From NCBI GenBank assembly GCA_964519305.1, contig CAZFHY010000001.1:442132-506131 (forward strand): a stretch of 64,000 nucleotides of DNA. Direction: 5' to 3'. The stretch is from Candidatus Undinarchaeota archaeon. GTDB lineage: Archaea > SpSt-1190 > JASMDC01. The notes beneath the pieces are model-generated. The model was not told the DNA's origin. It worked only from the letters and a program-made list of their open reading frames with translations, and ran no database searches. The translations under genes and the position numbers were made by a program. Position 1 is the first letter of the stretch. The number at the start of each line of letters is the position of its first letter. Below, piece after piece: positions 38,519-48,814 of the stretch.

Positions 38519-40459
38519 TCAGGACTCGGCCTCGAATCCTTCTGGTGCGAGCCGCTGCAACCTTGCACGTGCCTCGATGACGAACCGCTCCACCTCGTCC
38601 TGTGCGAGATGGTCGTTGGCGAACTCGAAAGCGCCCGGGACCACCCACGGCAGGTGCCAGTAGAGCTCACGGAACAGCCCCCCGTTCCAGATGGAGAAGG
38701 CAGGATCCTTCACCGGGAGCAGCTTGTGGTCCCCCCGCTGTACCGCGTCCCAGAGTGGGCTTCCCGGGAAGGCGATGAGGGAGAACAGGTTGGGCTTCAC
38801 GTACGGAGCATGGGTGGTGACCATCTCTTCGAGGAACGACACCGTGGCCTGCATGTCAGCGCGGTCCTCGTGCGGTAAGGCCACGATGCCACCGATGCTC
38901 ATCCCGATACCCTTCGACGCAGCATGGGCGATGAGCCGACGGGCCCGCTCAACGTACTTGACAGGATCACCGGTCTTTCCCATGAACTTCAGACTGGCCG
39001 GGACCACGCTCTCCAGACCCAGATAGATGCTCTCAAGACCGACTTCGCTCATCCTGTCGATGAGATCGGTGGTCAGGGTGTCCACGCGGGACGAGCACGT
39101 CCACACCAGTTCCGGCCTTTTCTCGCCAAGGAGCTCGCAGAACCGTCCGACCCAGCGGGAATCTGCGGTGAAAAGATTATCAGAGAACTCTATCCGTGTC
39201 ACACCCCACCGTTCGTGTAGGTCAATAAGCTCCCGGACAACGTACTCAGGCGAGTTCTGTCGCATGGCCGGGTACATCTTCTCGTTGGAGCAGTAGGTAC
39301 ATGAGAACGGACAGCCACGGCTGGTGCTCACAGTCACAGCACGACCTGGCCGTGCTCCCACGAACCGCTCGTAGGAGGGGAACGGTAACGAGTCAAGGTC
39401 CTTGATGGGTGCTGCCGGTGGCGTGTGGATGACCTCGGACCCGCTGCGGTAGGACAACCCTTGCACGTCGTCGAAGGGCTGCCCCTTTACTAGTCGATCT
39501 ACGAGAGCAGGGAAGGTCGCCTCGCCCTCGCCACGCACGAGCACATCGGCCTCCGGTAGGATAGAGAGGAGCTCGGTGGGATTCTCAGTGGCAGGATAAC
39601 CGCCCATCACAACGGGAACGTCGGGATGGCGCGGTCTGAAGGCCCGGACCAGTTCAAGGGCGAACGGGAGATTGGAGGTCCAGGCACCAACACCGAGGAT
39701 GTCGGGCCGGGTCCGCTCGATCACCGAAAGGATGTGGGACAAGTGCCGCCGGGCTTCTGCGAGTGGTACGGTGATGACGTTGTCGAGGTCCAGCACGATG
39801 TTGGCATCAACGCAGGATACCTCTATGGACTGATCTGCACGCTCGAGCGCTGCGGCCAGGTAAGCGAGATTGAGCGAGGGTCGCGGCGGAGTGCCGTCCA
39901 CGGTGGGGGGCCATACGAGGGTGATCCGCTTGCCTGTGGCCTGTCGGACCGGCCCGATCGAGCGGGGGATTGAGCGGCAGCCCCAGTGACAGGTCCCACG
40001 CGCCCAATGACGACAGGCGCGACACTCGTCAGGCACAGGTGCAATATCGCGATAGAGACGGGCATAATCGGCCACCGCTGCTTCGCTCGGGAAAGAGGCG
40101 CGCGGAGGGCCACACCACCGATCGGTGACGCGGCACAGTACCACACACCCTTCATCCAACGTCCAGGCGTCCTCGCACTCATCACAGGACGTGGGCACGT
40201 CCATCCCCCACGCAGGATCCCCCGCGCCGAGAAGGCAAGGAGGTAAAGGGGTGCGCACCCTGACCGATATCCCTCCCTCGCGTAGCATCGTGAGAGCGTC
40301 CCGTAACCGCCGCCCCATGGATGGAGTGCGGTCCTCCGGAGGGAGCTCGAGGGAGAGTTGTACGGGGTCACTTGCACCCGTCAGGTCCGCTATAGCATCC
40401 ACTAGCTCAGCGATGGTTCCCCGGAACACACGACCGTTCTCAGATGGTGCGTCGCTCAT
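38519..40459 (-). CDS. B12-binding radical SAM protein with N-terminal SPASM-like Cys-rich domain
   Basis: LAYLAA, VMGG, VRGEGE, SRGCPFSCTYC, DNLFT, GLES, PGSPL; N-terminal PLPPC, SCDEC, ECRACRHWARGTCHWGC. Confidence 0.9.
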   Translation of the reverse strand: MSDAPSENGRVFRGTIAELVDAIADLTGASDPVQLSLELPPEDRTPSMGRRLRDALTMLREGGISVRVRTPLPPCLLGAGDPAWGMDVPTSCDECEDAWTLDEGCVVLCRVTDRWCGPPRASFPSEAAVADYARLYRDIAPVPDECRACRHWARGTCHWGCRSIPRSIGPVRQATGKRITLVWPPTVDGTPPRPSLNLAYLAAALERADQSIEVSCVDANIVLDLDNVITVPLAEARRHLSHILSVIERTRPDILGVGAWTSNLPFALELVRAFRPRHPDVPVVMGGYPATENPTELLSILPEADVLVRGEGEATFPALVDRLVKGQPFDDVQGLSYRSGSEVIHTPPAAPIKDLDSLPFPSYERFVGARPGRAVTVSTSRGCPFSCTYCSNEKMYPAMRQNSPEYVVRELIDLHERWGVTRIEFSDNLFTADSRWVGRFCELLGEKRPELVWTCSSRVDTLTTDLIDRMSEVGLESIYLGLESVVPASLKFMGKTGDPVKYVERARRLIAHAASKGIGMSIGGIVALPHEDRADMQATVSFLEEMVTTHAPYVKPNLFSLIAFPGSPLWDAVQRGDHKLLPVKDPAFSIWNGGLFRELYWHLPWVVPGAFEFANDHLAQDEVERFVIEARARLQRLAPEGFEAES

Positions 40460-40469
40460 CGGTCCCCCC

Positions 40470-42002
40470 TCATTCAAAGGTGACCAGCAGCGGCCGCCCA
40501 GCACCCGGTACGGTTATCCGTGTTATCTCCCGCTCACCTGCGCGGAGCACAACTGCATCATCGGTCCGCTCTACCGTATCGACCTTCGCAAGGTCCGGGT
40601 GGATGGCGTCACCGAAGGGTATAAGGTTCTCGACCTCCACGCGGCCACCCCGACGACGTCCCCATAGGGAAAGGCGACAGGCCGGTGATGCGTACACAAC
40701 ATGGCACCGCAGTGCGTGTTCCACAGCGGTCGCCAGAAGGGGCTCTCTCCGACGGAGGGCGGTCATCAGGTCCCGCGCCATACGGAGGCTCGGAGCACAC
40801 GTATACGTATGCGGCTGGTGGGACACAAGTCCCGTAATGTATGTGGATAGTGTATTGAGCTCAAAGGGATATGCGTCCGCGGGCTTCTCGTCGTAGGCGG
40901 CCATGGCAAGGTCCGGATGACGCCCTGCAGCGACGTGCCGGGCATAGAACCGGCGACAGCACTCCGGGTAGCCGAGCGCCTCGCCCAGGGCATTATCGTC
41001 ACCTACAGCATCTGCGTCCCGTACTGCCCGGGCTGCGGCCTTCTCCGGTGCCAGATAGTAGAAGACCAGTCCTGTCCGGGGATCGGACGAGCGTTCGCGT
41101 AGACCCGCCTCGTTGGGGCCGAACCTATGACGGAAGGTCGCCTGCTCCAAAGCCAATCCTCGGTGACGACAGAAGTCGGCCAATTCCTTGGAGCGGTCCA
41201 GGTCGAGGGATACACGGGCCGCAGGCTTGAGCCCTTCCTCCATTGCTATGACCTCCAGTGCGAGCCCGATAGGCCAGTCGTTTAGCCCACTGTCGGTCAG
41301 CGGGTAGGGTGCTTTTCCGCAGGTCACAGTGAAGGGGAAGCCCTCGAGCCGCACGGGGATATCGTGATGAGCGATTATATCGACGGCCATGTCCACGGGC
41401 GGGTATGACTTGTGCGGATGGACCTTATGGGACGTCCCGCGGACAAGTCCATTGTCACCCCACATTGGATTGCGGACGACGACCCGCGCCACACCACGCA
41501 GTGATTTGGCGATGAACCGAGCTGTCTCCGTAAGGTGTGAAAGTGCACGTCGTGTCGCCACGGCCTCGACCTCGATCCAGAGACCGAGGGCGACGAGCGT
41601 GCGTATCCCAGCAACACAGGCATCGAAGCTCCCGGGTATAGTGGTCTCGGCATCATGGACCATCGGCCGGGGACCGAATAGGCGCACGGTGAACCGGTCT
41701 ATCCCTGCTTCCGATAAGGAGGTCGCGTACGTACGGTCCGCGCATCGTGCCGCATCGGTCACTAGGTGGACGATCGCATCAGGGCGTTCCTTTCGGACGG
41801 CACGTACAAGGTCCGTGAGGTCATCCCTGTTCGTCGGTTCCTCGCCGACCAGCACCAGCTCCTCGTCCAAAGGAACGCCATCGATAGCGGCCAGTATATC
41901 ACTGATCGAAGGATCCTCCGGATAAGCAGGGAGTGCCGGGCGCAAGGCCCGGCACGCCGCGCACTCGCTGCTACCAGCCCCTCCTATCCAGAGGAACGCC
42001 AC
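40470..42002 (-). CDS. Degenerate radical SAM barrel fused to a DUF483-like domain
   Basis: GSSECAAC (first Cys missing), VGEEPT, HDA.T..PGSF; C-terminal LGEALGYPECCRRFY and SHQPH..C. Confidence 0.7.
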   Translation of the reverse strand: MAFLWIGGAGSSECAACRALRPALPAYPEDPSISDILAAIDGVPLDEELVLVGEEPTNRDDLTDLVRAVRKERPDAIVHLVTDAARCADRTYATSLSEAGIDRFTVRLFGPRPMVHDAETTIPGSFDACVAGIRTLVALGLWIEVEAVATRRALSHLTETARFIAKSLRGVARVVVRNPMWGDNGLVRGTSHKVHPHKSYPPVDMAVDIIAHHDIPVRLEGFPFTVTCGKAPYPLTDSGLNDWPIGLALEVIAMEEGLKPAARVSLDLDRSKELADFCRHRGLALEQATFRHRFGPNEAGLRERSSDPRTGLVFYYLAPEKAAARAVRDADAVGDDNALGEALGYPECCRRFYARHVAAGRHPDLAMAAYDEKPADAYPFELNTLSTYITGLVSHQPHTYTCAPSLRMARDLMTALRRREPLLATAVEHALRCHVVYASPACRLSLWGRRRGGRVEVENLIPFGDAIHPDLAKVDTVERTDDAVVLRAGEREITRITVPGAGRPLLVTFE

Positions 42003-42017
42003 GTGGCCAGTTCCCGC

Positions 42018-43499
42018 CTACTTCTTCAGCCCGAGGGCGTAGAAGCCACCGACGACCACGAGGATGGCGATGACAGCGACGACTGCTGTGTTGGGGGCCG
42101 GCTGGGTCGTGGGTGCCGAGGACTCGGCGCACACATCGCCCGAACAGGTCCATCCAACGGGACAACCACAGTCCTTGCAGCAGTTCTCCTGGCTCTCGCC
42201 CTGCTGGCATACGTTGTCGCCGCAGGTGGCCGGGGGAGGCTGGACCGGTTTATCGGTCGTGATAGGCTCAGTACCGCCTGTTCCGGGACCGGGCGTCCCG
42301 GTGGGTATGGGGAGACCATCATCGGTTGTCGGTGTGGGAAGATCGGTGGTCCCTGTACCTTCAGCAGCACCGGTGCCCTCGTCGGCCCCAGTCCCCTCGG
42401 GAGGGACCTCAGAAGGTGTTTCGGGGGGCGGAGGGGGTGTGACCAGAGTTGTGGTCTCCACCTGGAAGCCCTGGACCCATTCTGGGCCAGCGTTCCCGGA
42501 TTGTCGACCTTCACCCTCGCCTGCGAAGTCCCAGGCCCAGCAGTGGATCTCGTAGCGTCCTTCGTTCCAGCCATTGAGGGCCATCGCCTTTCCGATGGTC
42601 ATTTTCACTTTCGCACCATCTGGAGGTGTGGCGGCCTGTCGCTCACAGATATTTGGCTCGAACACACCGGGGGCACACATTGAGTCGTTCTGAGCATTAG
42701 CAGAATCCATCCCGATGAACCTGCAGTTCATCTGCCAGGCCGAACCGGACTCGATCACGATGAGGTTCGCGGTCACGTCCTCGAGTTGGTTCATGTTCCA
42801 GCTAGGATTCGGAGTGAACACCCCGCCCTCGAGCGAGAGCATGGGTGCTTGGACGTCAAGATTCACCGTTTCGCCACCGGCACCAACGACGGCGGTACCG
42901 ACAGTGACCTGCTTGTGCTTGCATGCTGCGCACTCCGCGCTCCAGTCGGGGCAAGTCGTCTTGTTGACGCACACAGTGAGGTATGGTTGACCCTGAGGGA
43001 AGTAGTTGAGAGGTTGCTCGAACGTCGCAGAGTCGGTCCCAACAGGGATCGGAACCGTCTGGTGAGGATCACTTCGTAGGTTCACCTGGCCGAACCCGGA
43101 GATGAACAGGTGGGCCTGTGTATCAGCGTCCGCGGCGATACCGGTGACCATCACCTTGATCATGGGTGCATCGACCGTCCCGTGCTCGTCCACGAATCCG
43201 GCCTCACTGGACATGCAGATGGCCGGGTCCACGCTCCCTCCGGGTGTGGTCTCCGCGGGCCTCCACTTGCACGTGGCGTCCGCAGTGCACGCCCCTTCGC
43301 TCGTATGTTTGTCGCAGGGGTCCTCCACGAACGTCGTCTCCGATATCTTCATCGCCGGGATGGGGTCCGGATCGTTCGTAACGATTCCGCTAATTGCGAT
43401 CCCTTCGATGTTGCCATCGGCCGTAGGCGCCCGAGGGGCACCCATAGTCAATCCTGCAATCAGGAATAGTGTAATTACAGCTACCAGTCGTCTGTCCAT
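42018..43499 (-). CDS. Secreted, C-terminally anchored Cys/Pro/Thr-rich surface protein
   Basis: Signal peptide, P/T linker, CGDNVC...CCKDCGCP module, C-terminal TM followed by KK. Confidence 0.85.
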   Translation of the reverse strand: MDRRLVAVITLFLIAGLTMGAPRAPTADGNIEGIAISGIVTNDPDPIPAMKISETTFVEDPCDKHTSEGACTADATCKWRPAETTPGGSVDPAICMSSEAGFVDEHGTVDAPMIKVMVTGIAADADTQAHLFISGFGQVNLRSDPHQTVPIPVGTDSATFEQPLNYFPQGQPYLTVCVNKTTCPDWSAECAACKHKQVTVGTAVVGAGGETVNLDVQAPMLSLEGGVFTPNPSWNMNQLEDVTANLIVIESGSAWQMNCRFIGMDSANAQNDSMCAPGVFEPNICERQAATPPDGAKVKMTIGKAMALNGWNEGRYEIHCWAWDFAGEGEGRQSGNAGPEWVQGFQVETTTLVTPPPPPETPSEVPPEGTGADEGTGAAEGTGTTDLPTPTTDDGLPIPTGTPGPGTGGTEPITTDKPVQPPPATCGDNVCQQGESQENCCKDCGCPVGWTCSGDVCAESSAPTTQPAPNTAVVAVIAILVVVGGFYALGLKK

Positions 43500-43593
43500 G
43501 GCGCCTTTCGTTCAAGCGATATAATAAAAAGCTTACCCCGCGGCACCTGTCCGACCACCGGTTTTATAACCGTTGAGAGCCGTTCCCGTCCCT

Positions 43594-44406
43594 ATGGGAG
43601 ACGCCCTCTCCTCGGTAGTCCTTGGCGTGCTCCAGGGCGTGCTGGAGTGGCTGCCTGTGAGCAGCCAGGCATATCTCACCGTTCTCTCTTCGTTCATCAT
43701 GGGGCTTGCTCCCGGAGAGGCGGTCGACCTTGCCATCGCGCTCCATCTCGGCACGACTCTTGCCGCGATCGTCGCCTTCCGGGCACGGCTCATCACAATA
43801 GCCCACGGATTCAGCGTTTGGGTCCGACGTGTCCGTACAGAGCCGTTCGGTACCGAGGAGGATGCTGTCACGTCCACCCTTGTAGTGGCCACTCTGGTCA
43901 CTGGTATCGTGGGTTTCCCCGTGTACCTTGCGGTCAAGAGCACGGCGTCCGCATTGCCCGGTTCAGCGCTCCTCCTCCTCATGGGAGCGGCTCTCGTTGT
44001 CACTGGAATGCTCCACGAGGACAGTGGGGTGGATGGTGATCGCGAGCTCACGTCTCTCGGGTGGGGTGATGCGGTGCTCCTAGGTGCATGTCAGGGACTG
44101 GCGGCCGTCCCCGGTATCAGCAGGTCAGGGATAACTGTGGCGTTCCTCCTTCTGCGCGGGCTTCCCTCATCTAAGGCGCTGGAGCTCTCCTTCCTTGCAG
44201 GCATCCCTGCTGTACTGGGAGCTGAGGTGTTCCTCAGCGCCCAGGGAATGACCATCGATCCCGTGGCACTGATAACAGCTTTCGTCACCGGACTCGTGAG
44301 CCTCGGTCTGCTCATGCGAGTGGCCCGGAATATAGCGTTCGCCCGGTTCTGTGTGATAGTGGGCGCGCTCACCGTGCTCGGGGCGGCCGGTGCGCTCGTC
44401 CTGTAG
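43594..44406 (+). CDS. uppP: Undecaprenyl-diphosphate phosphatase (BacA family)
   Basis: QGVLEWLPVSS, HLGT, QGLAAVPGISRSGIT, SFL..IPA. Confidence 0.9.
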   Translation: MGDALSSVVLGVLQGVLEWLPVSSQAYLTVLSSFIMGLAPGEAVDLAIALHLGTTLAAIVAFRARLITIAHGFSVWVRRVRTEPFGTEEDAVTSTLVVATLVTGIVGFPVYLAVKSTASALPGSALLLLMGAALVVTGMLHEDSGVDGDRELTSLGWGDAVLLGACQGLAAVPGISRSGITVAFLLLRGLPSSKALELSFLAGIPAVLGAEVFLSAQGMTIDPVALITAFVTGLVSLGLLMRVARNIAFARFCVIVGALTVLGAAGALVL

Positions 44407-44411
44407 ACGGC

Positions 44412-44900
44412 TCAGGCCGGGAGGAAGCCCAGCTCCTTGACCAGTTCCCTACGCGCCTGCACTTCCTCATCGGTCTCCTTCTTCGTTGCGTGGAGCCCGT
44501 CCACGACACCCACTACAGCTCGGCCGAGGCCGGTCTTGGCCACGAGGAGCTCGAGCGGATTGGATGTAGCCACATAGATGTTGACCACACAAGGGATGGC
44601 CTTGATCGTGTTGAGGAGGTTGATGGGGTAGGCGCCGTCGAGATAGATGACGAACACATGGCCCGCAGCTATGTCGAGGGCGGTCTGGGATGCAAGGTCC
44701 TTGAGAACGTCATCGTTACCGTTCATTCGGGTGAGCTGTGGCTTGCTCTCGTTCATTGCTACGCCGAACTTCACGTTCGGCACGGTCGAGATGATGGCCG
44801 TGTAGATATCATCGATCGTCTTTACGGAGAAGTTCCCCTGACCGATGATCATTTCGTTCGTGTTCGGGTTCTTGATCTCTATGACGTCGATCTCCACCAT
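44412..44900 (-). CDS. Adenosine-specific kinase-like family (DUF355) protein
   Basis: IIGQGNF, KFGVAMNES, AGHVFVI, AYPINLLN, ATSNP, GRAVVGVVDG. Confidence 0.85.
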   Translation of the reverse strand: MVEIDVIEIKNPNTNEMIIGQGNFSVKTIDDIYTAIISTVPNVKFGVAMNESKPQLTRMNGNDDVLKDLASQTALDIAAGHVFVIYLDGAYPINLLNTIKAIPCVVNIYVATSNPLELLVAKTGLGRAVVGVVDGLHATKKETDEEVQARRELVKELGFLPA

Positions 44901-46731
44901 GGCTTTCACCGAACCATAGCATGAACCCAAGTAATAAGAACGTGATGTTCACGGCCGCTATGAGCTTTAGCGATCGTGATGGGGTACCCTCGGGCTCTTG
45001 TACAGGAGCTTGTATGGATGGGGGGCCTTGTGCGATCTGCAGGGCTAACTCTTCGGACGCAACGGCCCGACGAGCAAAAAGTATAGCATCCAGGGCGTTA
45101 CCCGTTCCGTTCCCCACTTCCTCGAGAGAGAGAAGAGCGTATTCCTGGTTGATGAAACCCGAGAGATGTGTGGGCTTGAAGCTCGTGTTCACCTCTGTTC
45201 GCGCCCTCGCTTCGAGGTCGTTGAGATCGGTAGAAAGCGCCTCCGTCGTCGCATAAGATGAGGCGGCATCGAAGCAGGAAGCGACGGTCCACCCCTTCTG
45301 TTCCTCAAGCCGGGAGGCAAGATAGAAGCGGTCAGCTCCCACTAGGTCCGGGACGCCGAAATTCTGGGCGGTTATTATCCCGGTACGTGCGCTCTCCATG
45401 AGGTCCGCACAATGGGACTCCAGATCTCGGGGCTTGCCGACGGGTTCGATGGTCTTTGCATGCTCATGGAACACCGTTGCGCCGTGCACCCATTCCTCAG
45501 CGGCCATGACATAGAAAGCGAACAGTTCATCGGTCGGAACCTCGATGCTCTCCCCCATGCCCGTTACGATAAGGGAAAGGAAGTACTCGGCCCACATTAA
45601 CCGCTGTTGCGCGAATACGATGAGTTCCATACGCAGTGGAGGAAGGGGAGCGGCACCAACGTACTGTTCGAGCATCGCAGCATCGCGACGGATCGTTCTT
45701 ACGCGGTCCAGAACGATCTGCCGACGCTCGGTATCGGTCCTGTTGTCGAGCTCCTCCCGGAAGTGGAGGACCTTGATGTCGATGACCGCTCTGAAAGCTT
45801 CCGAGGCCGCAGGATATCGGTAGCCCCGGGCCAGTAGATCGTCCGCCCTGTCGATGCGTTCTTGAATAGGCTGTGTCCCATTGAGGTCACGCACCTCATA
45901 GAACGCCTCCTTGGCCCGCTTCAGTTCTGCCATGGCCACGGCCTCAAGCACGGTCGTGATATCGCCCTGACCGAAAGACCGCGGGGACACCTCGCCCTCC
46001 AGTGCTATGTCCACGGCCTCTCGCAGTGTACCGGCCTCTTTTAGCTCGACACCATAATGGTCACGGATGAACGGTGCCAGTGCCATGGACGAAAGACCCC
46101 GTGACAGGACCGTAGCGCGATGATCAACGAAGGTGGGCGCAGGTGCACTCCCCGTGGGCAAGGGAGCGCCATGCTCGATGAAACCGATCACGAGCGGGAG
46201 GGGAGCAATGAGCGTACCCTGACCCCGCGGGACCACCATGGTACGACTCGAGTGGGCCAGGGCCTGGGCCTTTCGTAGCAGCCCCCCCACAGGCTGTACG
46301 TCACCGTCCACTTCAATAGACCCTGTGAGCACGACATCGTCCCTTGGAGTGCGGCCCCGTATAATGGCCGCGAGCCCTACCGCGGCAGGCAGACCTGCAG
46401 ATGGGCCCGTTACTGAGCGGGCTGACGTATCGAAGGTGAATATGATATCACGGTCCGCAAAGGACACCCCTTCAAGCACTTCGGCAGCGGAGATGGCGGC
46501 CTCAAGGGAGCGCTGAGTGTTGAGCTCAAGCGGAGGGACTATCTCTGAGAGGGCACGACCCGAGCCGGGGCGCACCTCAATGATGAGGTCAGTGATGATG
46601 CCCTCGCCACCCTCTGTGACCGCCACCAGAGGGAGCATGACCGACGAAGGGATGACATGTGCAAGAAGGAAGAGGGATACTACAAAGATCGTTGTCCCTA
46701 CAATCCGCTGATGGACCCCGTCGCCGTCCAC
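44809..46731 (-). CDS. Exported S16 (Lon-like) Ser-Lys protease without an AAA domain
   Basis: TGPSAG, LTGSI, PVGGLLRKAQA; N-terminal signal and C-terminal TM; overlaps the downstream gene by 92 nt. Confidence 0.85.
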   Translation of the reverse strand: MDGDGVHQRIVGTTIFVVSLFLLAHVIPSSVMLPLVAVTEGGEGIITDLIIEVRPGSGRALSEIVPPLELNTQRSLEAAISAAEVLEGVSFADRDIIFTFDTSARSVTGPSAGLPAAVGLAAIIRGRTPRDDVVLTGSIEVDGDVQPVGGLLRKAQALAHSSRTMVVPRGQGTLIAPLPLVIGFIEHGAPLPTGSAPAPTFVDHRATVLSRGLSSMALAPFIRDHYGVELKEAGTLREAVDIALEGEVSPRSFGQGDITTVLEAVAMAELKRAKEAFYEVRDLNGTQPIQERIDRADDLLARGYRYPAASEAFRAVIDIKVLHFREELDNRTDTERRQIVLDRVRTIRRDAAMLEQYVGAAPLPPLRMELIVFAQQRLMWAEYFLSLIVTGMGESIEVPTDELFAFYVMAAEEWVHGATVFHEHAKTIEPVGKPRDLESHCADLMESARTGIITAQNFGVPDLVGADRFYLASRLEEQKGWTVASCFDAASSYATTEALSTDLNDLEARARTEVNTSFKPTHLSGFINQEYALLSLEEVGNGTGNALDAILFARRAVASEELALQIAQGPPSIQAPVQEPEGTPSRSLKLIAAVNITFLLLGFMLWFGESHGGDRRHRDQEPEHERNDHRSGELLRKDDR

Positions 46732-46735
46732 GAGC

Positions 46736-47980
46736 TCACTCCTTGGCCACGTTACCGCGTCCCAGGCGTTCGTGTGCTGTTACTAGATGGCCGGCGGCCA
46801 GTGCGCCCAGAAGGGAGAGTTCCCCGGCAAGGGATGCTGCTGCGAATATCTCAGCTAGTTTCTTGGCGTTGGCACCCGGGTCATTCGTGTTCGGACCTGA
46901 GCAGCCAATGATGTTCATCGCTTCGAGCTGGGTGGGTAGTCCGGTCCCGCCACCGATGGTAGCGACCTCGAGCGATGGAAGGGTGATGCTGGCATAGAGG
47001 TCCCCGTCATCCGTAACCTCTGCCGTGACCATCGACATGGACGACTCCACTACCTGGGCAGGATCCTGTCCCGTTGCTATGAAGAGGGCCGCGATGATGT
47101 TCGCCACATGCGCATTGAAGCCGTAGGCAGCGGCTTGAGCGCCACCTATGTACAGCTTCCGGTAGGCAACATCCGATAGGGCCTCAGGTGTGCATTTGAA
47201 CACCTTCTGGACTATCTCCCTAGGAAAGATCACATCGGCCTGGACGGTCTTGCCCCTTCCCTCGATCCAGTTCATTGCCGAAGGCTTCTTATCGACGCAC
47301 AGGTTCCCCGAGGTCGCGACGAGCACGGCGAAAGGATTATGCTCGCTGATGAAGTCACAGGCAGCACGACTTCCTTTCGAGATCATGTTCATGCCCATGG
47401 CATCGGCAGGATCGGCAAGGAACCTGATGAAAACGTTCCGCCCTACGATCCAGATCCTGAGATCCCGCAGCCATACGAAGGGCTCGTCACCCTTGAAGGC
47501 CGCCGCCACCTCTTCGAAATGCTCCTCGACCCATAGTTTGAGTTTGACGGCATGGTGGGTGTCCGGTACCTGCATCACAGGGGCGCGCGTCATTAGGGAA
47601 CGGAGCACACGTACCGTAGCGCCACCGGACTTGGAGATGGCCGAGCAGCCACGCGCCACCGATGCTAGCAGCGCGCCCTCGGTCGTTGCCATGGGAAGGT
47701 AGAACTCACCGTTGGCGTATTCACCATTGACCTTGATCGGGCCAGCTATACCGGTGGGAATCTGTGTCCATCCGACAGGATTCTCAACGTTCCTTGCCCG
47801 TGTTATGCTCATCTCGATCGCGCTGGAACCCATGTTCTTGAGGGATACTCCCGTGGCCTGTTCGATGGCGATGCGGCGGATCTCGGTGGCACGGTCGATG
47901 TCGCCGTCCACAAGGCCTTCGACCTGGTGGAGTCTGACCTCGCCCGCTGCGACCTTCTTGATGAGCTCAGAATCGTCCAT
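46736..47980 (-). CDS. hmgA: HMG-CoA reductase (class I, NADPH)
   Basis: ENPVG, PMATTEGALLAS, DAMGMNM, SGNLCVDKK, TGQD, GELSL. Confidence 0.97.
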   Translation of the reverse strand: MDDSELIKKVAAGEVRLHQVEGLVDGDIDRATEIRRIAIEQATGVSLKNMGSSAIEMSITRARNVENPVGWTQIPTGIAGPIKVNGEYANGEFYLPMATTEGALLASVARGCSAISKSGGATVRVLRSLMTRAPVMQVPDTHHAVKLKLWVEEHFEEVAAAFKGDEPFVWLRDLRIWIVGRNVFIRFLADPADAMGMNMISKGSRAACDFISEHNPFAVLVATSGNLCVDKKPSAMNWIEGRGKTVQADVIFPREIVQKVFKCTPEALSDVAYRKLYIGGAQAAAYGFNAHVANIIAALFIATGQDPAQVVESSMSMVTAEVTDDGDLYASITLPSLEVATIGGGTGLPTQLEAMNIIGCSGPNTNDPGANAKKLAEIFAAASLAGELSLLGALAAGHLVTAHERLGRGNVAKE

Positions 47981-48056
47981 GGCGGTTCGTGCAGAGCGGG
48001 TGTCGTGAGATATTTAAAGGTTCCCGGGGCGCCGCCTGCAGCGGTGGGGATCAGTT

Positions 48057-48671
48057 ATGGAAGGTGACGACACGGTCCGCATCCTTTGCTGTTCGGACCT
48101 TCATGGACGTGCAGACATCGCCCAAAAGGCCGCTGCCGATGAGCACGTCGATCTCGTCTTCGTGCTCGGTGACGCCGAGGGATACTGGGATTCCGATGTC
48201 CCTGTATACGCTGTCCTCGGGAATCATGAGGACTGGCAACAGGTCGACGAAATCCTTACCGGTCGACGGACGTTCCGTAATCTTACCCTCATCCCATCGG
48301 GAACGGTCACACGGATTCCCGAGCTCGATATCACGGCCGGTGCTCTAGGTGGGGTGTGGGCCGAGCGACCGCGCAAGCGTGGCCATTTCAGACAGGCCGA
48401 AGTAGAACGTCTGAAGGAGGCTGGTCACGTCGACGTGCTGCTCACCCACGAGTCGCCCCGCCCACTCTGGCATGGGTGTTCGACCATCACGCACCTGGTG
48501 GCCTCCCTCTCTCCCTCGCTCTCCCTTTCCGGCCACGTCCACAGCCCCCAGATAATGCGGTACGAGGCCACCGATACATGGTTGGTGAACACGCCGCCCA
48601 TCGCCGAGGGGCACGCCGTGGTGACATGGCTAGACGGTCAAGTGAGAAAGGTCGAACTGAAAGTCAGATAG
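48057..48671 (+). CDS. Metallophosphoesterase (calcineurin-like)
   Basis: SDLH, GD, GNHE, LTHESP, SGHVH. Confidence 0.9.
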   Translation: MEGDDTVRILCCSDLHGRADIAQKAAADEHVDLVFVLGDAEGYWDSDVPVYAVLGNHEDWQQVDEILTGRRTFRNLTLIPSGTVTRIPELDITAGALGGVWAERPRKRGHFRQAEVERLKEAGHVDVLLTHESPRPLWHGCSTITHLVASLSPSLSLSGHVHSPQIMRYEATDTWLVNTPPIAEGHAVVTWLDGQVRKVELKVR

Positions 48672-48674
48672 AGT

Positions 48675-48814
48675 GCGCGTCAAAAGCTACCAACCGTTCG
48701 TCATACCCCGCACATCTCAGAGAGACAGTTTGCTGTCATCGCCCTTTCGGGCTAGGCTAGCGAAATACTCTTCATCGGGCAAGGTCTGTGGGTGTTACAC
48801 CTCATCATCCGCGC
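48675..48814 (-). ncRNA. Box C/D-like sRNA, unusually long, with up to four guide segments
   Basis: Terminal stem GCGCG/CGCGC, box C ATGATGA (48808-48802), terminal D TTGA, internal CAGA/GATGA, GATGA/CTGA and TATGA boxes; BRE-TATA AAAAGG-TTTTTTAA about 24 nt upstream. Confidence 0.72.
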
